A stretch of DNA of 64,000 nucleotides. Source: Gemmatimonadales bacterium (GTDB taxonomy: Bacteria > Gemmatimonadota > Gemmatimonadetes > Gemmatimonadales > GWC2-71-9). The notes under the pieces were generated by a model. It had not been told where the DNA came from, ran no database searches, and saw only the letters and a list, made by a program, of their open reading frames with translations. This document shows positions 60,628-64,000 of this stretch, one piece after another; position 1 is the stretch's first letter, and each line of letters opens with the position of its first letter. The position numbers and the translations under genes are program-made. The stretch is taken from positions 20,959-84,958 of the forward strand of contig DATNOR010000007.1 in NCBI GenBank assembly GCA_035601235.1. The letters are read 5' to 3'.

Positions 60628-63600
60628 CTAGAACGTGGTCGAGATGCCGATGGTGATCGTTCGATTGGTGGGATACGAGCCCTCGTCGACGCCGCGGAAC
60701 TGGTCGCGGCGATCGCCGGCCGCCCCAAACGTGCTCCAGGTCGGCAGCGTCGGATCGAGCCCGGAGTATCCGGTGATCGTGAACAGGTTTTCCGCCTGGA
60801 GATAGATGCGGGCCACCGGGATCCAGCGGACCAGGCCGGGCGGCACGTTGTATCCGATTTGCAGCGAGCGCAGCCGCACGTACGAGCCGTCCTCGACCCA
60901 GTAGCTCGAGAACTGCCGGCTCCATGATGCATCGTTGTAGTCTATTCTGGGATACTTGGCATTCGGGTTCGTCACCTTTCCCGGGCAAGCGAAGCCGGGT
61001 ACCGTGTCGGGCGGAACGGGAGGCGTGATGCCGCACGGGCCATCCAGCACAACCGAATTGGCCAGCAGGTCGCTGCGCACGTTGGTATCGAAATACCGGA
61101 ACACGTACCAGTACTTCTGCGCGTTGAAGATCTTGTTCCCGAACGTCCCGAACAAGGTCGCGCTGATGTCCCAGTCGCCGTGCCGCAGCGCGAGATCCAG
61201 TCCGCCGGTGAACTTGGGATGCGGGCTGCCGATGATCGTCGCATCGGCCGACGTGATAGAGCCGTCTCCGTTCAAGTCCTTGAACTTAATGCGGCCCGGG
61301 CGCGCGCCGTCGTTCCAGAACGGAGCGGCATCCAACGAGTCCTTGTAATAACCGTCGGCCACCAGGCCGTAAAACGCGCCGATCGGCTGGCCCACCATGT
61401 TGATCACGGGATTCTGCTCACGCAGCGAGATCGGCCCCACGAACGACGGGGTCCCCAGGTTGTCGATCTGGAGGATCTTATTGGTGTAGTGGCTGCCGTT
61501 GAAGATCACGCTCCACAGCGTTCCCGCCCCGAGGGTGCTGCGGTACCCGAGTGTAAAGTCGATGCCGTTGTTTCTGACCCTGCCGATGTTGATGATCGGG
61601 GGAGCGGCGGTGCCCGCGGTGGCCGGCGTCCTCGGATCGAACAACAGATTGTTGCTGTTGCGCCGGTACAGGTCGGCGCTGAACGTGCCCCGGCCTTCGA
61701 GAAACTCGACGTCCAGTCCGACATTCACCGACCGGTTTTCCTCCCACTTCATGTCGGCGTTTCCGTTGGCCGTGAGCTTGAATCCCGGCTGAATCGACGA
61801 GACGCTTCCTCCGCCGATGTCGTAGAAGGTGTCTCCCCGATCGCCGCCGTACGTACTCACGATACGCCCCGCGGGGATCAGCTGGTTTCCGGTGACCCCC
61901 CAGCCGAACCGCAGCATCAGGTTCGAGAACGGCGAGCTCCGCATGAACGACTCGCGCGACAGCCGCCAGCCCGCCCCCACGGCCGGGAAGGTGCCCCAGC
62001 GATGCTGCGGAGAGAAGTGCGAGGAGCCGTCTCGACGCACGGTAAAGTTCAGATAGTACCGGTCTGCAAAGTTGTAGTCGGCCTTGCCGAAGAACGACAG
62101 CAGCGTGCTCACCTCACCCGAGCTTGTGACGTTCTTCGTGGTCGGGTCACACAACGCATCCTGGATGTAGCGGGAGTCCAGGCTCTCGTTGAGCAGGTTC
62201 GCGCAGTTGCCGGCCTCGAAGCGTTCGGTGAACTCGTTCGCTTCGTGCCCCAACAGCACCGTCAGACTGTGTTGGCCGAACGTCCGCAGATAGTTCAGCG
62301 TGTTGGTCCAGGTCCACTCTGTTTGCAGGCGGTAGTTCTCGTTGATCCCATCGACGGACGTCACCTCCGAGTTCTCCGGGGTGGTGGGCGAAAAACCATG
62401 AAACGAGTTCTGGCCCAGGTTGAACCCGAACCGCGTCTTCAGGGTGATGCCGTGGTGGGCGTCGAACCCGCCGAACACGTTCCCGAACATGCGGTCATTG
62501 GTGCTAATGTCGTTCTGGCCGGCGAAGGCGATCTTGAGCGGATTGGTCAGGTTCGAGAGACCGACCGCCTTGCCCGAGGCGAAGTATCCCCTGATGTCGT
62601 AGATCGGGACCACCGGCTGCTGCATGATGTTCTTGCCGATGATGTTGTCTTCGCCGAGGGCGTCGTCGTCGAGCCCGCCGTAGTGCTGCTCGCGCGACAG
62701 CGCGATGTTCTCGCCGACGCTGACCCGGTCGAGGGTAAACGCCGTGTTGATGCGCACCACCCCCCGCTGCAGCCGGGTATACGCGGCAGCCCCGTCCTGG
62801 TTGAGGTAATTGAACGATACGTGGTACGTGTTATCCTCGCCGCCGCCCGACACCGCGAGGTTCGCGTTCTGGAAGTGACCGGTCCCGAACACGGCCTTCC
62901 ACCAGTTCGTCCCGGCGCTGCCCGGCATGATGAGCGCGTCGGGGAACTTGTACGTGCTTGTGTCCACACCTGTGCACGGGGCCGGCACCTTCTTCGTCCC
63001 GCAGGGATTCGGCCAGATGTACGCAGGCACCGACGGGTTGTTTCCCAGTGTGTCGTTTCCGTAGATGTTCGTCGGGACGTTGAGCCCGGCATTGCGGTAG
63101 GCCGTTTTGACCACGTTGAAGTAGTTGAGCGAGTTCAGCTCGAGGATGTCGTCCATCCCGCGGATGGGGTCGGCCATGCCGGTTCTCACGTCCAACGAAA
63201 CCTGGCGCCGGCCCGGTTTGCCGCGCTTCGTCTCGATCACGACGACGCCGTTGCTCGCGCGGGAGCCGTAGATCGACATTGCCGACGCGTCCTTCAGGAC
63301 GTCGATCGACGCAATCTCGTCCGGATTCAGCCAGTTGAGGTAGCTGTCTCGCGTACCCTGAACCGGCGTGCCGTCGATGATGTAGAGCGGATCGTTGTTC
63401 TGAAACGATGTGACGCCGCGAATCCGCACCGTCGTGCGCGACCCGGGAGAGCCGCCGGCATCGATCGTCACGCCCGCTACGCGGCCATCGAGGCGCTGCA
63501 GCACGCTGGTCGCGGTCTGCTTCTCCACGCTTGCGGTGTTGACGCTGGAGGCGGCGCCGGTGAAGTCCTTGCGCAGCTGCGTCTGATACCCGGTCACCAC

Positions 63601-63960
63601 GACATCCGGCAGCACCGAGATGGCGGGCTCGAGCGTCACGTTGACGCTCGACCGCCCGGCGACGGTCTGCGCGCTGCCCCGGTACCCGATCAGGCTGAAC
63701 ACCAGGACGGCATCCGGAGGGACCGCGACCGTATACTTCCCTTGCGCGTCTGTCACCGTGCTGGTGTTGCTCCCCCGCACGCGGACGGTGACCCCGGAAA
63801 CGGGCCTTCCTCCCACGGTGGAGGTCACCGTGCCGGACACCTCGACCGGCTGCTGGGTGAACGCCGGCACCCACACCAAGAGCGCCAGCGCGAGAGTCAT
63901 CCCCACTGCACGAAGAAAACGCGTACCCTGGAACGTGTCGTTCATTGGCGCGATCCTCAT
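60628..63960 (-). CDS. SusC/RagA family TonB-linked outer-membrane protein
   Basis: 1110-aa ORF. Signal peptide, CarboxypepD_reg-like domain (VSGTVTS...VSGVTVRVRGS...DAQGKYTV), plug (IRGVTSFQNNDPLYIIDG), terminal ...GISTTF. The start could be Met6 (63945). Confidence 0.9.
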   Translation of the reverse strand: MRIAPMNDTFQGTRFLRAVGMTLALALLVWVPAFTQQPVEVSGTVTSTVGGRPVSGVTVRVRGSNTSTVTDAQGKYTVAVPPDAVLVFSLIGYRGSAQTVAGRSSVNVTLEPAISVLPDVVVTGYQTQLRKDFTGAASSVNTASVEKQTATSVLQRLDGRVAGVTIDAGGSPGSRTTVRIRGVTSFQNNDPLYIIDGTPVQGTRDSYLNWLNPDEIASIDVLKDASAMSIYGSRASNGVVVIETKRGKPGRRQVSLDVRTGMADPIRGMDDILELNSLNYFNVVKTAYRNAGLNVPTNIYGNDTLGNNPSVPAYIWPNPCGTKKVPAPCTGVDTSTYKFPDALIMPGSAGTNWWKAVFGTGHFQNANLAVSGGGEDNTYHVSFNYLNQDGAAAYTRLQRGVVRINTAFTLDRVSVGENIALSREQHYGGLDDDALGEDNIIGKNIMQQPVVPIYDIRGYFASGKAVGLSNLTNPLKIAFAGQNDISTNDRMFGNVFGGFDAHHGITLKTRFGFNLGQNSFHGFSPTTPENSEVTSVDGINENYRLQTEWTWTNTLNYLRTFGQHSLTVLLGHEANEFTERFEAGNCANLLNESLDSRYIQDALCDPTTKNVTSSGEVSTLLSFFGKADYNFADRYYLNFTVRRDGSSHFSPQHRWGTFPAVGAGWRLSRESFMRSSPFSNLMLRFGWGVTGNQLIPAGRIVSTYGGDRGDTFYDIGGGSVSSIQPGFKLTANGNADMKWEENRSVNVGLDVEFLEGRGTFSADLYRRNSNNLLFDPRTPATAGTAAPPIINIGRVRNNGIDFTLGYRSTLGAGTLWSVIFNGSHYTNKILQIDNLGTPSFVGPISLREQNPVINMVGQPIGAFYGLVADGYYKDSLDAAPFWNDGARPGRIKFKDLNGDGSITSADATIIGSPHPKFTGGLDLALRHGDWDISATLFGTFGNKIFNAQKYWYVFRYFDTNVRSDLLANSVVLDGPCGITPPVPPDTVPGFACPGKVTNPNAKYPRIDYNDASWSRQFSSYWVEDGSYVRLRSLQIGYNVPPGLVRWIPVARIYLQAENLFTITGYSGLDPTLPTWSTFGAAGDRRDQFRGVDEGSYPTNRTITIGISTTF

Positions 63961-64000
63961 CCTGCGGGTCTTCGCATGGCCTGGAGGCCCTGCTTGGCGA

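Noticed and set aside
1-64000. Mobile-element or prophage borders (integrase, transposase, tRNA-adjacent attachment sites, long direct repeats) that could explain the two lower-GC blocks.
   Set aside because: No such genes or repeats were found within the window. The low-GC blocks are reported only as compositional observations.

Overview
High-GC bacterial chromosomal segment; hand-counted 60-nt lines are mostly about 70-75% GC. It is densely packed with about 50 protein genes. I recognised no rRNA, tRNA, CRISPR array, transposase or integrase. The gene content (SusC/SusD pair, CRTAC1/ASPIC-UnbV FG-GAP protein, CBM9/DUF5916 barrel, TPR Ser/Thr kinase, COG4941-type sigma factor with YciI) resembles Gemmatimonadota- or Acidobacteriota-like soil bacteria. 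That placement is inference only.

Main blocks:
- 1-5820: a secreted alpha/beta hydrolase, then a visibly lower-GC five-gene operon. It holds two coiled-coil proteins, an OmpA-fused membrane-anchored binding protein, and a NitT/TauT-type ABC permease and ATPase.
- 5.9-8.4 kb: YciI, sigma factor, DUF5996.
- 8.6-12.3 kb: cNMP-domain TrxR-like protein with UBP zinc finger, and an ArsR-SRPBCC-VOC operon.
- 12.3-19.6 kb: MFS transporter, beta-propeller protein, MsbA-like exporter, infA, DsbA-like protein.
- 19.8-25.2 kb: a c-di-GMP module (pseudo-receiver/degenerate GGDEF, lipoprotein, TPR-HD-GYP) convergent with a TPR Ser/Thr kinase.
- 25-30 kb: stress genes (dienelactone hydrolase, pirin, Dps, DoxX) and an S15 peptidase.
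- 29.8-36.4 kb: diguanylate cyclase, unknown barrel protein with di-heme peroxidase, DUF445.
- 36.3-44.7 kb: MarR-GNAT, second exporter, AI-2E transporter, orphan BlaR1-HEAT protein, DUF5916.
- 44.8-55.3 kb: trehalose locus, otsA-otsB-GH15 convergent with GDE-like/SSS/treA.
- 55.3-64 kb: CRTAC1-like protein convergent with SusD and SusC.

Most interesting signals:
- The low-GC ABC/OmpA/coiled-coil operon.
- Three unrelated families of short palindromic or heptamer-type repeats sitting exactly at gene termini. Some lie inside coding sequence, including an inverted repeat that encodes the treA signal peptide.
- The degenerate c-di-GMP module.

Limits: all family calls come from motifs I recognise by eye, not from searches. 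Start codons are best guesses from ORF-track arithmetic and Shine-Dalgarno inspection.
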